Origin: Rotaria socialis
Lineage: Eukaryota
Reading direction: 5' to 3'
Length of the DNA stretch: 64,000 nucleotides
Assembly (NCBI GenBank): GCA_905331295.1
Contig: CAJNYD010000390.1
Location: 1 to 64,000, forward strand
Shown here: piece by piece, positions 38,111-52,785 of the stretch
Layout of the letters: the number at the start of each line of letters is the position of its first letter
Numbering within the stretch: position 1 is the first letter of the stretch
Position numbers and translations under genes: made by a program
The notes under the pieces: generated by a model
What the model was told of the DNA's origin: nothing
Databases searched by the model: none
What the model saw: the letters and a program-made list of their open reading frames with translations, nothing else

Positions 38111-41100
38111 ATGAGTGACACTGAAGAAGCAATGGATACAACGAATGACAAAAATGAATCAGAAAATGTAACTCCTACCAAACGAGCAGCAGTTGTTAAA
38201 CGACAAAAAGAAAAGCTTGAAGAAAAACAAGATGCCGAAGAACTCGAAGAGGAACTCGGTGGTGTCGATGAATTACCAGACAATGAAGAAGATTCTGATC
38301 AGGAATATACAACCAAAAAAAAGAAACCTATTAAAAAACCTGAAATAGTTCACGATCCTGCATTTCAAAGTCGATTGGTAAAGATTTGAAAAAAAGCAAC
38401 AACAAATTCTATGATTAAATCATTTTAAATTTAGAATGAAGATCAAGTTAAACGATTTAATTATTTACTTGAACAAACAGAAATTTTTTCACATTTCGTC
38501 CAAGACGGTCAACTTAATAAACATGCTAAAGGTGCTGGGCCAACATCACCATTAAAAATGAAAACACAAGTTAAAAAAACAACTGCATTACAAAGCACTA
38601 GTGCTGGAGAGTAAGTATTTCTATTTGATATTGAAAAAAAAATGATTTGATTTTTATTATTAGTCATCGTCATCGAATGACTGAAGAAGAAGAAGACGCT
38701 GAATTATTAAGTGATGCTAAAGAAGCTGAAAGACTTAATTCCATAACTCGTTTCGATCAATCACCATGGTGTAAGTTACTAAAATAAAAATATTTCTTTT
38801 CGAAAAATAATTTCCTCTGAAAATACTTTAGATGTCAAAGGTGGTGAAATGCGTGATTATCAAGTTCGTGGGCTTAATTGGATGATATCATTATATGAAA
38901 ATGGTATTAATGGAATTCTTGCTGATGAAATGGTATGAAAAAAATATAGACAGTATCGAAAACCGAATAGTTGTCAAGATTTTTGAAGTAGTCCGAAACA
39001 AATAATCGAGCCTTGTGTCTTGCTAAATCGAGCAGCGGCTTGTGTTCGCCCTAATAGTATAAATTTTTTTATGCTTCAGTACCCCTATTTTGACTTCTAA
39101 GATAAAAAATTACGCTAGGTTTTCTTGATTTGCGTTAAAGTTAACCCAGATGTATTTTACTCAATAAGTAAAAGATTTCAAAATCCCGTTCAGCGTTGAT
39201 AACAATATATAACTCAATCTCATTGATAGGGTCTTGGAAAAACATTACAAACAATATCATTACTTGGCTATATGAAATTATGTCGAAAGAGTGTACCACA
39301 TTTGGTTATATCTCCAAAATCCACATTACGTAATTGGATGAATGAATTAAAACGTTGGGTACCATCATTGAATAGTGTTTGTTTGATTGGTTCAGCAGAA
39401 GAACGTAGCCGTGTCATTCGTGAAGAAGTGGAACCTGGTGGTTGGGATGTTGTTGTTACATCCTATGAAATTGTGTTACGTGAAGCAGCAATTTTAAAAA
39501 AATATAATTGGTGCTATGTTGTCATCGATGAAGCTCATCGTATTAAAAATGAACAATCAAAATTAAGTAAAATGGTTCGTTTACTTAAATCTCGAAATCG
39601 TCTTTTAATCACTGGTACACCATTACAAAATAATTTACATGAATTATGGGCATTACTGAACTTTCTCTTGCCTGATGTATTCGATTCCGCTGATGATTTC
39701 AATGCCTGGTTCGATACACAGAAATGTTTAGCTGACGATAAAGATCTTGTAACACGTTTACATGGTATTTTAAAACCATTTTTATTACGACGTCTTAAAA
39801 CCGATGTGGAAAAGAAACTTCCACCTAAAATTGAAACAAAACTCTATGTTGGCTTAGCACCATTACAACGGCAATGGTATACGAAAATTTTAATGAAAGA
39901 TATTGACATATTAAATAGTGCAAGTGGTAAACTTGATAAAATTCGTTTATTAAACATTCTCATGCAACTTCGAAAATGTGCTAATCATCCATGTAAGGCA
40001 AAAAAGCAATAAGCATGGAATTGTTTGCTGATTGACTGAAATTGTTTTTTTTTTATAGATATTTTCGATGGTGCCGAACCTGGTCCACCGTTTACAACAG
40101 ATAAACATCTAGTTGATAATTGTGGGAAAATGCTCATCTTAGATAAACTTCTACTCAAACTGAAAGAACAAGGTTCACGTGTACTTATTTTTAGTCAAAT
40201 GACACGTATGTTAGATATATTAGAAGATTATTGTATATGGAGAAATTTTGAATATTGCCGATTGGACGGTCAAACATCGCATGAGGATCGACAAGCATCT
40301 ATTGATTCATATAATAGTCCAGATAGTAGTAAATTTGTATTTATGTTATCAACACGTGCTGGTGGTTTGGGTATTAATTTAGCAACAGCTGATGTTGTTG
40401 TTCTCTATGATAGCGATTGGAATCCACAAGTCGATTTACAAGCTACAGATCGTGCACATCGTATCGGTCAAACTAAAACGGTAAATCAATTGAAAAATAT
40501 TTTGACACCAAAATATAATAGTTTTTTTTCAGGTTCGTGTATTTCGATTAATAACTGAACATACCGTTGAAGAACGTATAGTGGAACGTGCTGAAATGAA
40601 GCTACGTCTTGATCATGTCGTTATTCAGCAAGGTCGTTTACAAGAAGCCTCAACGAAATTAGATAAAGATGAAATGTTATCTATGATTCGACATGGAGCC
40701 ACACATGTATTTTCATCGAAACAAGATGAGAATGAATTAGATGTTGATATTGATCTTGTTTTGGCTCAAGGTGAAAGAAAAACAAAAGAATTGCGAGAAA
40801 AATTTGAAAACTTAGGCGAAAGTCAATTACGTAAATTTACTATTGATAATGAGAATATGAGTGGTCAAAATGCAGGTGGGTCCGGTGATGGGACTGATGC
40901 TGGTGGCGGTTCAATTTATAAATTTGAAGGTGAAGATTATCGAGAAAAACAATCATCAACACTTGGCATTAAATGGATCGAAGTAAATTGACTGCGAAAT
41001 TTCATTTCGATTTTCTTTTAAAATTCATTTGTAATTGCTCTTTAGCCACCAAAACGAGAACGTAAAGCAAATTATGCAGTTGATGCATACTTTCGTGAAG

Positions 41101-42597
41101 CCCTACGTATGAGTGAACCTCGTGCACCAAAAGCACCACGTCCTCCGCGTCAACCAAATGTTCAAGATTTTCAATTTTTTCCTCCACGTCTTTTTGAATT
41201 ACTCGATCGTGAAATTTATGCCTATAGAAAATCTATTGGTTATAAAGCTGTGCGTGATCCAGACATGGAGGAACAAGAAGGTAAACGGCAACAACAAGAA
41301 GAACAAAAGAAAATCGATGAAGCTGAAACATTGAACGAAGATGAACAATATGAAAAAGATCAATTACTTCAACAAGGTTTTTGTAATTGGACAAAACGAG
41401 ATTTTAATCAATTTATTAAAGCAAATGAAAAATATGGTCGAGATGATTTGGACGCAATTTGCCGAGATGTTGAAGGAAAAACACCGGATGAAGTGATGTC
41501 GTATGCAAGAATATTTTGGGATCGGTGTCATGAATTAACCGATGTCGAACGTATTATGGCACAAATTGAACGTGGAGAAACAAAAATCCATCGACGAATC
41601 AGTATTAAAAAAGCACTCGATGCTAAAGTATGCTATATTTTACAGTTAAAAAGGCGACTAATGAACAGCTTCAACCTAAATCTGATGTACCCTTTACAGT
41701 AAACTTTGAAAGCATACTTTTCAATCTTGTTTTCTAAACAGACCGATATCCACTCTTGTCAATCATCAATAAGTCTAAAACAATTTTCGAAATTATCATG
41801 CTATCTAAAAGTCTGATAACAAAAAAATACGTTCACCTTTAATAAATAGACTGACTACTGGCGTATATACATTTTGACGTTTGTCTGACTTAAGCGAATT
41901 GTATTCGTAAGCAGGAAAAACTAGTTGATGAATATTTCCTTCGGAATGAAAGTATGCCTTAGGATTTTAGCGAAACTATTTGAATGTTACTCAAGAATGT
42001 AATTGTTTAATAATTTAGATGGCTCGATACAAGGCACCATTTCATCAATTACGTATTCAATACAACACAAATAAAGGCAAAAATTATACAGAAGAAGAAG
42101 ATCGTTTTCTACTTTGCATGTTACATAAACTTGGTTTCGATAAAGAAAATGTTTATGAAGAACTCCGCTATGCTATACGACAATCACCACAGTTTCGTTT
42201 TGATTGGTTTCTAAAATCACGTACTTCAATTGTTCGTATATTATTAAAAATAGAATATTTTTCCTTCATTAAATTCAATTTTCTGTTTTTTATTTAGGAA
42301 TTACAGCGACGTTTAAATACATTAATAACTTTTGTCGAACGAGAAAATCAAGAATTAGAAGAGCGTGAACGTGCTGAAAAGAAAAAAGGTCGTACATCAA
42401 CGAAGAATACTAATGCATTAAATTCATCACAAAATTCTCAATCGACACCTGTTGCAAAGGTTTGTCATTAATTATTCATTCCTTCATTCATTTATTTTCT
42501 ATTTTAATTATTATAGGTTAATGGTAATCAAAAACGAAAACCAGACGCATTTACTACTGCATCAAATAGTTCACCTGCTAAACGAAAGAAGAAATGA
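38111..42597 (+). CDS. Iswi: ISWI-family chromatin remodelling ATPase (SNF2H/SNF2L orthologue), 11 exons
   Basis: Exons 38111-38377, 38435-38610, 38664-38770, 38832-38932, 39230-39992, 40059-40480, 40533-40982, 41046-41627, 42019-42231, 42298-42459, 42517-42597, all GT-AG; motifs [52 protein letters not shown] and HAND-SANT-SLIDE. Confidence 0.97.
41707..41962. mobile_element. Degenerate MITE in an ISWI intron (Kolobok-like ends)
   Basis: AAGCATACTTT (~41710) is inverted to AAAGTATGCCTTA (~41949-41961); this intron (391 bp) is far longer than the ~55-65-bp norm. Confidence 0.4.
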
Positions 42598-44756
42598 TCT
42601 TTTTCAATTTCATCATATCTTGGCTAAATTCAGATTTTTTTGTAAACAAGAAGAAACGACTAAAATAAAATAATTTTCTATGTTTGTGTGTATCTGTGAA
42701 TGTTATTATTGTCTATTTGTTGTTTATCGTTTTTTCCTTGTCTTGATTCTGATCGACTAGAAGTCAATTAGAAACAAATAGTTTTCATGGTTTATTAATA
42801 AACAAGTCATACATTCTTTAATGTGGTGAAAAATAATCGGAGTATTATGTGTATGAAATGTATTTGTTTTTCTCTTGAAATTTTTTGGCAAAATTCAAAT
42901 AGATCTGTTGGTATTTCAATGAAAAACGATAAATCATCATGCTGAAATCCTATCGAAGAAAAAATGAAATGATCTCAATTCGGAACTACTAATTTGATTG
43001 TAGAGAAAGTTCTAAATCATAAATGATTTTTGTATAGAGGAAAGAAAAAAAGCCTAATTAAATTTATAATAAAATCGATCATGGGCAGTTTTCTGTTCAG
43101 TATAAAATTACGGATATTAGAATTGGAATCGACATTTAATAAAATTATCAAGATTAATATTGCCGATGATCATATGAGCTCGATCCGGATTCAAGAATTT
43201 TCGAGTCCGATGATTCTTAATGTTCACAGCGTATTTTATATTGTAAACTATAAAATAACAATAAAAACAAGTTTTAATAATCTACAAGATACAACGATTG
43301 TCTGTGTCTTGTGAATATCACGGTCGGGCTTTTGTTTTTTGTTCTCTTTTTCCTATTGCACAGTTTATCTACCACGAAAAAACCAAATCAATGACTTGAA
43401 AGCAAAATCAAACACAAGAGAATGCATTGAATATCATTTAGAAAGTATTTAACATTCTATGAGGTTAAATGATAAGACACCTAACATATTCCTATTACTA
43501 TAAAGTAGAATCTGCATATTTGTTCTCATAAATTTACCATTCTGGCATATAATCAAAGTTAAGTGTATTCTGTTCTTGTACGCTGGTTTTTTCTTCTCTT
43601 TCTCTCTCTCATTAATTAAATCGATTGTGACATTATTTTAAAATAAGAAAATCTTTTAAAATAAAATCGTGAAAATACATTTTTAATTAAATAACATCAA
43701 CGAAACTTCAAACTCATAGTAATAATCTCCATTTTGTTCTTTATGTTATGATTGTTAATGATGATCGCTCTGGGGATAATCAATGTTTATATAAATTATG
43801 TCGGTAGAAAAAGAACAATTCTTTTATTTTAATGATAATATGACATTGAATGTGTGCATCTATTTAATTATAATAACTCTAACTTAATAATTTTCTCCTC
43901 CAAAAAAAAAAGAAAGAATCCCATTGATTATTTATTTTTCCTTTTTTTTGTGCTTTCAATAGTTATAATGTAAAAGTGAGCTGGTTGATTAATCATGTAA
44001 GACAAATAGAAAGAAGGAGGGAGTCAGAGAGAAAAAATGATGTGTAATTTTGTCTACTAAATTGATGTTCTCCCGGCTGAATGCAAATAACAACACATAC
44101 GTATGACCATAGGAAGCAATCTAGTATAACATTGTCGACAATAGTTCTCCATCATACATATACAAACTTAGATTTGATTGTAACAATCTTTTCTATGAGA
44201 AAGAATGGATACATGAAGCTTTCTGTGTATGTCTGTCAGTTATTGCATGATAATAATAATAATAATGATGATGATGATTTTTTTCCTTGCCTTTGCCATG
44301 TCTTTTGCTTGCCCTACTATTATCATTTACATTCATTTCATATCATATCATATCATACTCATCATCGTTCGTCGTCGAGCTAGCAATAACGCTGCTGTAA
44401 AATCGACATTAACAACTAGACGTCAACGTTAATCTTCCACCTCTTTTCTCTCTCTTCTTTGTATCGTATTTTGTTATATCTGGCTCTCTCTCCCTCTCGG
44501 TTACACGCTCTAATAGCAAAAGAATAAGAGAGAAATTCAGCAAATCGGATGGCTCGTTGTGTTAGTGAATCGGACGAATCCGAATGTAGAATGCGTAAAG
44601 AAAGAAAAGAGAAGATTAATTTTGTTTTTGATATAAACTGTTTCATGATATTGGTAGCATGTGTCTATCTATGTATTGCCGTTCTTACTTAATTCGGATT
44701 CGTTGAGAATGAGAATAAAACGAGTAGGAGAGAAGAAAGGCGCATAAAAGAGCGCA

Positions 44757-44779
44757 TCAGAGAGAGAGAGAGAGAGAGC
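44757..44779 (+). promoter_or_regulatory. (GA)n tract upstream of ARID3
   Basis: (AG)n run ~140 bp upstream of the predicted ATG, flanked by repeated AGAGCGCATC; regulatory role is inferred only. Confidence 0.3.
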
Positions 44780-44916
44780 AATCCACTTTTTTTGGTCATG
44801 CGCGCAAGAGAGCGCATCCATTTATTCCTCTAGCTACAGATTTTTTTTGATTAATTTTGTATAGATTATTATTATATGAAGCACATACTCCTGGCATAAA
44901 AACAGAACTGAGAACA

Positions 44917-47585
44917 ATGGAAATTTTACGTGCTGAAACCAATGAATTTCCACATTTAAAAGTATGTATTCGTTTAAGAAGTTTTTGTTTATTAATTAAT
45001 TAAACATTTGAATAGGCTACTGATGGTGGTACAACAAATAATAATAATAATAATAATAATAATTCATCAACATCATCATCAACTATAGATGAAGATGATG
45101 ATGATCGATTTTCGAATGTTAGTACACAAGATGAGAAACGTACAACAAAATCTCCTGTCAATACTGAAGATAAATCAAAAATCAATGATGAAAATTCAAT
45201 AAATGATTCACTAGTTCAACCACCGATTGTTCAATCAGTTGTTAGTCGAGCAACGTCAACTATTGATTATACACGTCATCGTGAACGTCTTGCGAAAGAA
45301 CTTAAAGATTATGAAGATCGTTGGTTAGCACATAGAAATTTCCTTCTCTACACACAAGCATTTAGTATGAAACCCGAAGATCGTGAACGTTTATTTTCAC
45401 AAATAAATTTAACGAATAATGATGAAGCATTTTCACGTTTATCAAAAGAAGAACGAGATCGATTTTTCGCAGCTGCATTATATAATCAACAACAGCAACA
45501 GCAACAACAAAGTCCCTATAATTTTCATCAATATCCATGGGCAACAGCGCCCCCACCGCCGCCGCCACCTCCACCACCACCAACATCATCATTACTTATT
45601 CCACCGATACCATCAACTACAACAGATCAACAGCAGCAGCAGCAGCAACAACAAAACCAACAACCAAAATCACCTAGTTCAGATGATAGTGGCAATCAAT
45701 CAAATTCTGGAAGTACAACTGAATGGTAAAATTGATGATATTCTCTTTTGTTTGCATTCAATATATATTTTTTTCTTTCTCTCTTTCTCTCTCTTATAGG
45801 ACTTTCGAAGAACAATTTCGTCAGGTAAATAAATCTTACTTGACGAGAAATCAATTAAGTTTAGTCTAACCATTTCTATCTGTATTAAGATCTATCATTT
45901 ATTTGTTTCTGTTTGCACATCATTTGCATAGCTAGTAGATGTGTCTCGCTCACTCTTTGTAGATAGACTGAGTATTGATAGCTTTGAGGCAATAATTAAT
46001 TGGATTGTTTGGTATATTCTATATGGATGGGGAGTGCCATAAGAGATGTAACAAAGACTCGTTCATCTATTTTCTCTTTCATAGAAACACTTATCTATTA
46101 TTGAAGACACGCGGGTTAAACGAGAAATCAAAACCACATCGATCTTCTTTTTATTTTATTTTACACAATAGTTTCTCATAGACAAGGTAGATCAAGGCGA
46201 ACATTCACAGAAAATTAATCGAAAAAGAAAAGACGGGAACGTTGACCATCTGTATGAATACACGCATACATACATACGCACACACATTGCTTATTACTTA
46301 TTGACAAGGTAATTAGAGGCAGAAAGAAAAAGATTGATTATTTAAAATTCTTTGTCTGAACAGAAAAAGAAATAAGTTTATGTATATAAATGTATATATT
46401 GCTTAGATAGTCTGGCATATCAACATACACACATTATTTCAGTTGATTAGATCGGAAAATAATTATCGGGCTGAAGGTTACAAAAAAAAGAAGACGCTTG
46501 GGCAGGCGTCTGTTTTTATTCTTTCTTGCTATTTCTGCGTAGATATATGTATAAGGGTTTGTGTGTCGTAGAGAAGTATATTACAATCAGATATTGTGAT
46601 CGATGTTGCTCGACTGACATTTCTGTTCGTATCTTTCTCATCAGGTTTATATAACAATAAGAAGTTTCTATCCATCAAAAAACGTTTATGATCTTGCAGC
46701 TGTTGTTTAGCTTGTAACTATCCCTTTAGACTAATTTTCTTCCGATTAAGGCCGGTCAGTTTTTGTCTGATGATCAATTTATCGTTTACATTAAAGACAG
46801 AATATATCCATGTCAGTCATATATACATATCAACTAATTGCTTTCGTAGGAAAAATGAAGAAGAAGAAGACGAAGAAGAAAAGAACGACACATTAGTTTT
46901 TTGCTCATTTATAAATATGTGCATCTTTAGATTATTGATGAGCTTCTGCGTTTGGATCAACAATTAGTCTCATAGGGACTTGTATATATATATATATAAC
47001 TGATTCTTTTTCTAAAGAAAATGTCTGATCATCAAATAGAATGTCGCACGGCCGTACGCTTCTCTACATAGGAACGAGAGCAGCACAGCTCGCGGCTATA
47101 TCGATTATTTGCTACTAATTGCATTGTTTCGAGGCAGATGGTTGACGAGCAAAAAAATGAGCATCTTAAAGAAAAAGATTTCTTTTTATGGACTATTCGA
47201 TTACAATTAAATCACAAAGAATATCCAGCTGCTGTCAAACTAAAAATCAGCTTAAAGATTATTGCTTATCCTATATGTAAGACACGTTTAACGAAAGAGA
47301 ATATTAAACGATGAAGTTCGTTTCTATCGTTGTGTCTTATCAATAAAGGAGGTCAAATCGAGCAGAAAAGACGGTCGAGCACTTGTCTGTATATAAAAAG
47401 AAAAAAGCTTCATCGATCACAATTACAAGTTAGGGAAGAGAAGAAAAGATAGAGTCTTTCGTTTTATCTGCAGAGAGAGAGAGAGAGGGGGGGGGGCGAA
47501 TAAATAAACAAATCATCATTGAATATACGCTCGATTAGAGGCATTTCGGATGAGAGCGAAAGGAAAAAAAATTATTAATGAATTN

Positions 47586-47676
<91 letters not shown>

Positions 47677-50130
47677 AAATAAACAAATCATCATTGCATA
47701 TACGCTCGATTAGAGTCATTTCGGATGAGAGCGAAAGGAAAAAAAATTATTAATGAATTTCCTGTCTTGTCCGCAGTGAATGAATTAGTTTAATGAAACA
47801 AGTTTTATATTTTTTTTAGCTTTATGAATTATCCGACGAACCTAAACGCAAAGAATTTCTCGATGATTTATTTGCATTCATGCAAAAACGTGGTAAGCAT
47901 TTAATTACGCGAACAGTTGATTTTATAATTTTTTCATTGGAAGAAATTTTTTATCCAATAATAAATAATCATCATCATCATGAGATAGAGAAATGATTTC
48001 AGGAGGAATGTTGTTTGAGTGGAAAATTATTATCAATATATCATAATGAAACAAAACATTTGACTGTTAACGGAAGTATCGGTTTGAAGTTCAAAGGAGA
48101 TTGAAATCAAATATGAATATATCTTTCTTGTTCTTGACAGGTGATTGAATGAAAGTATTTGTTTGTTCGATTTGATGAATTATATACTTGAGAATAAGAT
48201 GATAAAGAAGAAAAGATGAAATCATTATTTTTCTTCTTCTTCTTCTTCTTCAAGGTACTCCTGTTAATCGAATTCCTATCATGGCAAAACATGTTCTTGA
48301 TTTATGTAAGTGAATATTTAATTCTCTATTGATGAGAAAGATAAATAAGAGATTTATTTTGCTTTCTGTAGATGAATTATTTCGTTTGGTTGTGGGAAAA
48401 GGCGGTCTCGTCGAAGTAATTAACAAGAAATTGTGGCGTGAAGTGACGAAAGGTCTCAATTTACCAAGCTCGATTACTAGTGCTGCCTTTACTCTACGTA
48501 CACAGTATGTTTATATCTTTACATTGACATTCTTATTTAGGGAAATAAATTTCTATCGAAAATAATTATTCTATTTGTTTAATTGGAGGAAATAAAACAA
48601 ACAACTTTCGAATCTGTTCTTTTCAATCAAATATAGTTTATTTATCTAAGTACTCATTGAGAAGAATCGATCTACGCATGTCCATTCGAGAAATCTATAG
48701 TTTAATATATTCTCTCGAGACTTGTTCTATTCAATTTTTTCGTTCGGGTTTTTTGTTTTTAACAATTAGATAAAGTGTTGATATGTATCGTAGATTTAAC
48801 TAATAAGTTCTATTAGATCAATACAGAGGTCAAGATTTGTCTCATAAAGAGATTTGTATTTTTTATTCGAGTAAATATTCTTGGCATTTGTTGTCTATCA
48901 TATGTCAATGTCTCGAACATAAATGATAAGAGATCAATTTGTTCTGGCATATTTCTACGGAGGCGAAAAAAGAAAGAAACTTGCACCATCATTAATTCTC
49001 AACTTAGCGTGTCAATGCCGTTTGTTTGCTATTATTATAAGGAAAACGACTAATGACAATGGAGAGAAGTATTATAATATTGTTATTTTTTTTGTCTTTT
49101 TTTTCTATTAAGATATATGAAGTATTTATATCCATATGAATGCGAAAAATTACAATTAAGTTCGCCGGGTGAATTGCAAGCAGCAATTGGTAAGATTAAA
49201 TCAAATACAGTTATCGCTATATTTCCTGTATCTTTCTCTCTTTGCGTTTTTAAGAAGGCAATCGACGTGAAGGACGTAGACCATCATATGCATTTGAATA
49301 TTCTTCACCACCACAAATAATGGCACCACCACCACCCCCAACATCATCAGCAGCAAGTGCCTTTCTTGCTAGTCCATTAGCACATCGACCAAGTAATAAA
49401 ATTTCTCTATAAAATGAATAGGAAAACGATTCAATTTGTTTTATTATTATTATCATTATTATAGTGGACCCTAATCATGGCCATGAAGCAATGCAACATG
49501 CAGCTATGGCTGCTGCTCTATCTCATCCATTTTTTCTTGCAGCTGCAGCAGCTTCATCACGCGATGGTAATCATTCATCAATTGAACCATCGTCAATACC
49601 AAGAATTCCTTCATTTGATGATCATCATCATCTTCATCATCATCATCATTTACAATCATCATCACCAACATCAATTATTCCAACAAATAAACTATTCGAG
49701 CGATCATCAACAATAACCAAACGAAGCCTCTCACCATCATTATCTAAACAGCAAAATGATGATAATAATTCATATTCAAAAAAACCCATAACAGCAATAA
49801 ATAATATTCGTTCAACATGTTTTGCACCAGTGACAAATAATAATAATAATAATAATAATAACAATAATAATAGTTCATCATCATCATCATCAACATCATC
49901 ATCATCATCATCATCATCATCATTATTATCGCCAGCTAGCAAATTAAAAATTATTGCGAAAGGTAAAGAAAAGCTGACTTGGAGAAAAAAGAATTTTTAT
50001 CTAAAAATTTTTTTTTTAAGAAAACAATCCTGACCAAGAAAAATCAATTACAATATCAATTGAATTAAATGGTATTGTATATCAGGGAACATTGTATCCA
50101 ACAAATTTATTGACTGGTAGCAAAGAGTGA
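44917..50130 (+). CDS. ARID3: ARID3/dead ringer (retained/Bright) transcription factor
   Basis: Spliced eARID motifs WTFEEQFRQ|LYELSDEPKRKEFLDDLFAFMQKRG|TPVNRIPIMAKHVLDLY|ELFRLVVGKGGLVEVINKKLWREVTKGLNLPSSITSAAFTLRTQ|YMKYLYPYECEK...ELQAAIEGNRREGRR; REKLES-like last exon SIELNGIVYQGTL (50021-50130). The first exon is less certain. Confidence 0.95.
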
Positions 50131-52785
50131 ACATCAGAAATAAAAAAAAGCGCGCTTGTGTGTGTGCTTTTTCAATTCGAGATATTTTCTTGAGATTTCT
50201 TCTTTTTCTTCTTCTTCTTTGTTTGTATTCTATCTTGTTTTGTTTTTCTTTTGTATTGACCATAATTACTACGAACGCTTTTCTCTCTTTCTTTCTATCT
50301 CTCTTATTTGTGCATAAAAATTAACAAAGTATTTCAAATAGCAAAATTTATTAATTCGATGTTTTGCTCAAATTTTAGAATTTACAATGAGAGATGAACT
50401 AAGCTGGATTGTGTTTGGGGTTACGCAGTAAAAAAACTTACAGATCCGAAACGGCCATGTTTTGTCTTTTTAATGCTATATTGACATAGAGAGTTGACAA
50501 TTTTATCATTGACATATATCACGATAAACTTTAATTTTCTGACATTTCACATCTGTAAACACGATTATATTTTATGACATTTCAGATAGCCATCTAGCGC
50601 AAAACCTAATTCAAGTACGACAAGACCAATAGAATTGTCATATTTACTAGCCATGACCGAAGAATATGGGTTATGAAATTAGATCAAGTTTTCATTGATC
50701 TCCATAGGGTTCATATGACACACAGCAGTTAACATAAAAATATGATTCTCAATTCAAAATTTGAATAAATAAATGATCCTTGCTATGTTTTGGTTCATCA
50801 GTTGCCTGCCAAGGCTCTAGATGCGAGATTTATTGTATCAATAACAAGAAAATAAACATACATGACTAAATTATTTAAGGAATAATTTCATAAAAACATT
50901 AAATTTATCATAACTTGATAGAATTCAGCACAACAATTATTTTACTCTTAGAGTGTTTCATAAATACCAAAATGTGCAAATTTGGATTTTATGTTAGAGT
51001 CAAGCTGCTCGAACTGCAATTCACTTCAGTAAAAATTCAAAAACAATTGAGTTTCATATCTTGCTCTAGAAATTGTTATATTTTATTTTTTGATATGATT
51101 TTCATGCAGTACCGAAATGATTAGATACTATCAAAAGTACTTATTTGTTTATGAATAGGAAAAACTCATGTATTTTATTTATATTTTATTTTCTAATCAT
51201 AATTGAATGTAATAACCAAATGTAAATTAGATGTGTCACTATTCGGTTCTCAAGGAACAAAATCAGACTTCCTATGGTGTTTTCTAGAATTTTCAAAAAA
51301 TGCATCCAGGATTATACTCAGCTTTGGTTTTCTTTTTATTTCAGAAGATAGTCACATCTTCTCCCTTTCTAGTAACGGATTTCAATGTCACGCATTTCAA
51401 TCGTGAGAACGGTAAAAAGCAGTGCTATTCTCAGCACGAGTACTTAATTTACATTATTTGTCTGGCTGGATAACTTTCACTCGGATGTCTAAAAGAGTGC
51501 ACTGTTGGAATTAAAAAATATATAATAAGATCTGTATTGAGTATCATGTTGAAAAATGTCTAAGAATTCAAATGGCTGAGACGCCAGTTTGATTATTTGA
51601 AAATATATGAACCTTACTTTAATAGACTAGAAAATTGACGAAAGAAAACTATGCCCGGTAGTAACTTTCATTTGAGAATGGCCAATTCGTACTAGATGAA
51701 CCTTTAAAGATTCTATGTCATCTACTATCATTCTGGAGGGAATAATTGTTTGAATGGTCTACTTACTGTTCTAATAATGCTTAGAGTAGCACGTTAAAAG
51801 ATCAATCCTGGCTTAAAGCTTGATTCGTAATCATTTCTTGAAGCCATTAGAATACTGTAATCATTCGAAGTAGAAAACAATGACTTGTTCTTCAGGTATC
51901 AAATTATTAATGTCATTACTTCTGGATTGAATTTCAATTTTTTTCCGTATCTATCTTATCAAAAACTATTGCTACATAGAAGTCACAGTACCATTCGCAT
52001 TGTTCACCTCATAAATACGATGGATAATTCTCAAAATTGAGTAATTACCTATCCAAAAACGCTATTTCTTAGTTAGAAAACTACTAAAAAATCTTTGTGA
52101 TATATCACATCGTAGTACTTATCAGTATGATTAAGACTTTTTTTCCCCCGAGAATGATTAGCTTGAACCAATTTATATAAAATGACTGAGACAAGCGTAA
52201 AGTTATTGTCTATCGGCACCAGAAAAAAACGTTCAACTGCAGGCAATCAGTTATCACGAACTTGATACAAACGGTCATTTCAATATGCACTGAAGAATAT
52301 TATCAATAAATGAATCAAATCTCATACTGATTAATTCTCTTGTGCTATCAAATTTTGATTTCCTATTTTTTACAAACAATGAAAATTTTTGTTTAACACG
52401 TAATACACGTCAACAAGAATCTTTCATGTTTTGAAAACTGATTGGTTAAACGTATATCTAATTTCATACGCAGTCGGATGAAATAGAAAGGATATAGTAT
52501 TAATTTTTTTTTATTTATTCTAGTAAAATAATTTGTTTCTTCAAGAGGAAACACATCATCACATGGGAACTCAAGTGAAAAGACACCAAGTATCCAATTC
52601 TTTTTTTGCTTTCATCCAGTTTTGTATAACGTTTTCTTTTCTATCAATGGAAAAAGATGGCTGATTGATCTAATCCAAATAGTAAAAATATTCACCAGTA
52701 TACATATATTTATATTTTATTGACTGAAAATTTCGATGACAACACTAAGATATGATTTAAAAACATGAGGGAAAATAAGTCATGG

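Noticed and set aside
47499..47759. ~86-bp direct repeat flanking an 'n' and an 88-nt poly-C run (poly-Gly ORF 47516-47719)
   Set aside because: Near-identical duplication across an 'n' with a pure homopolymer is typical of a contig-overlap or sequencing artefact.
45000..49960. Antisense and alternate-frame ORFs over ARID3 (poly-L/D/M/I peptides)
   Set aside because: Shadows of AAT/CAT/CAG microsatellite-coded low-complexity regions.
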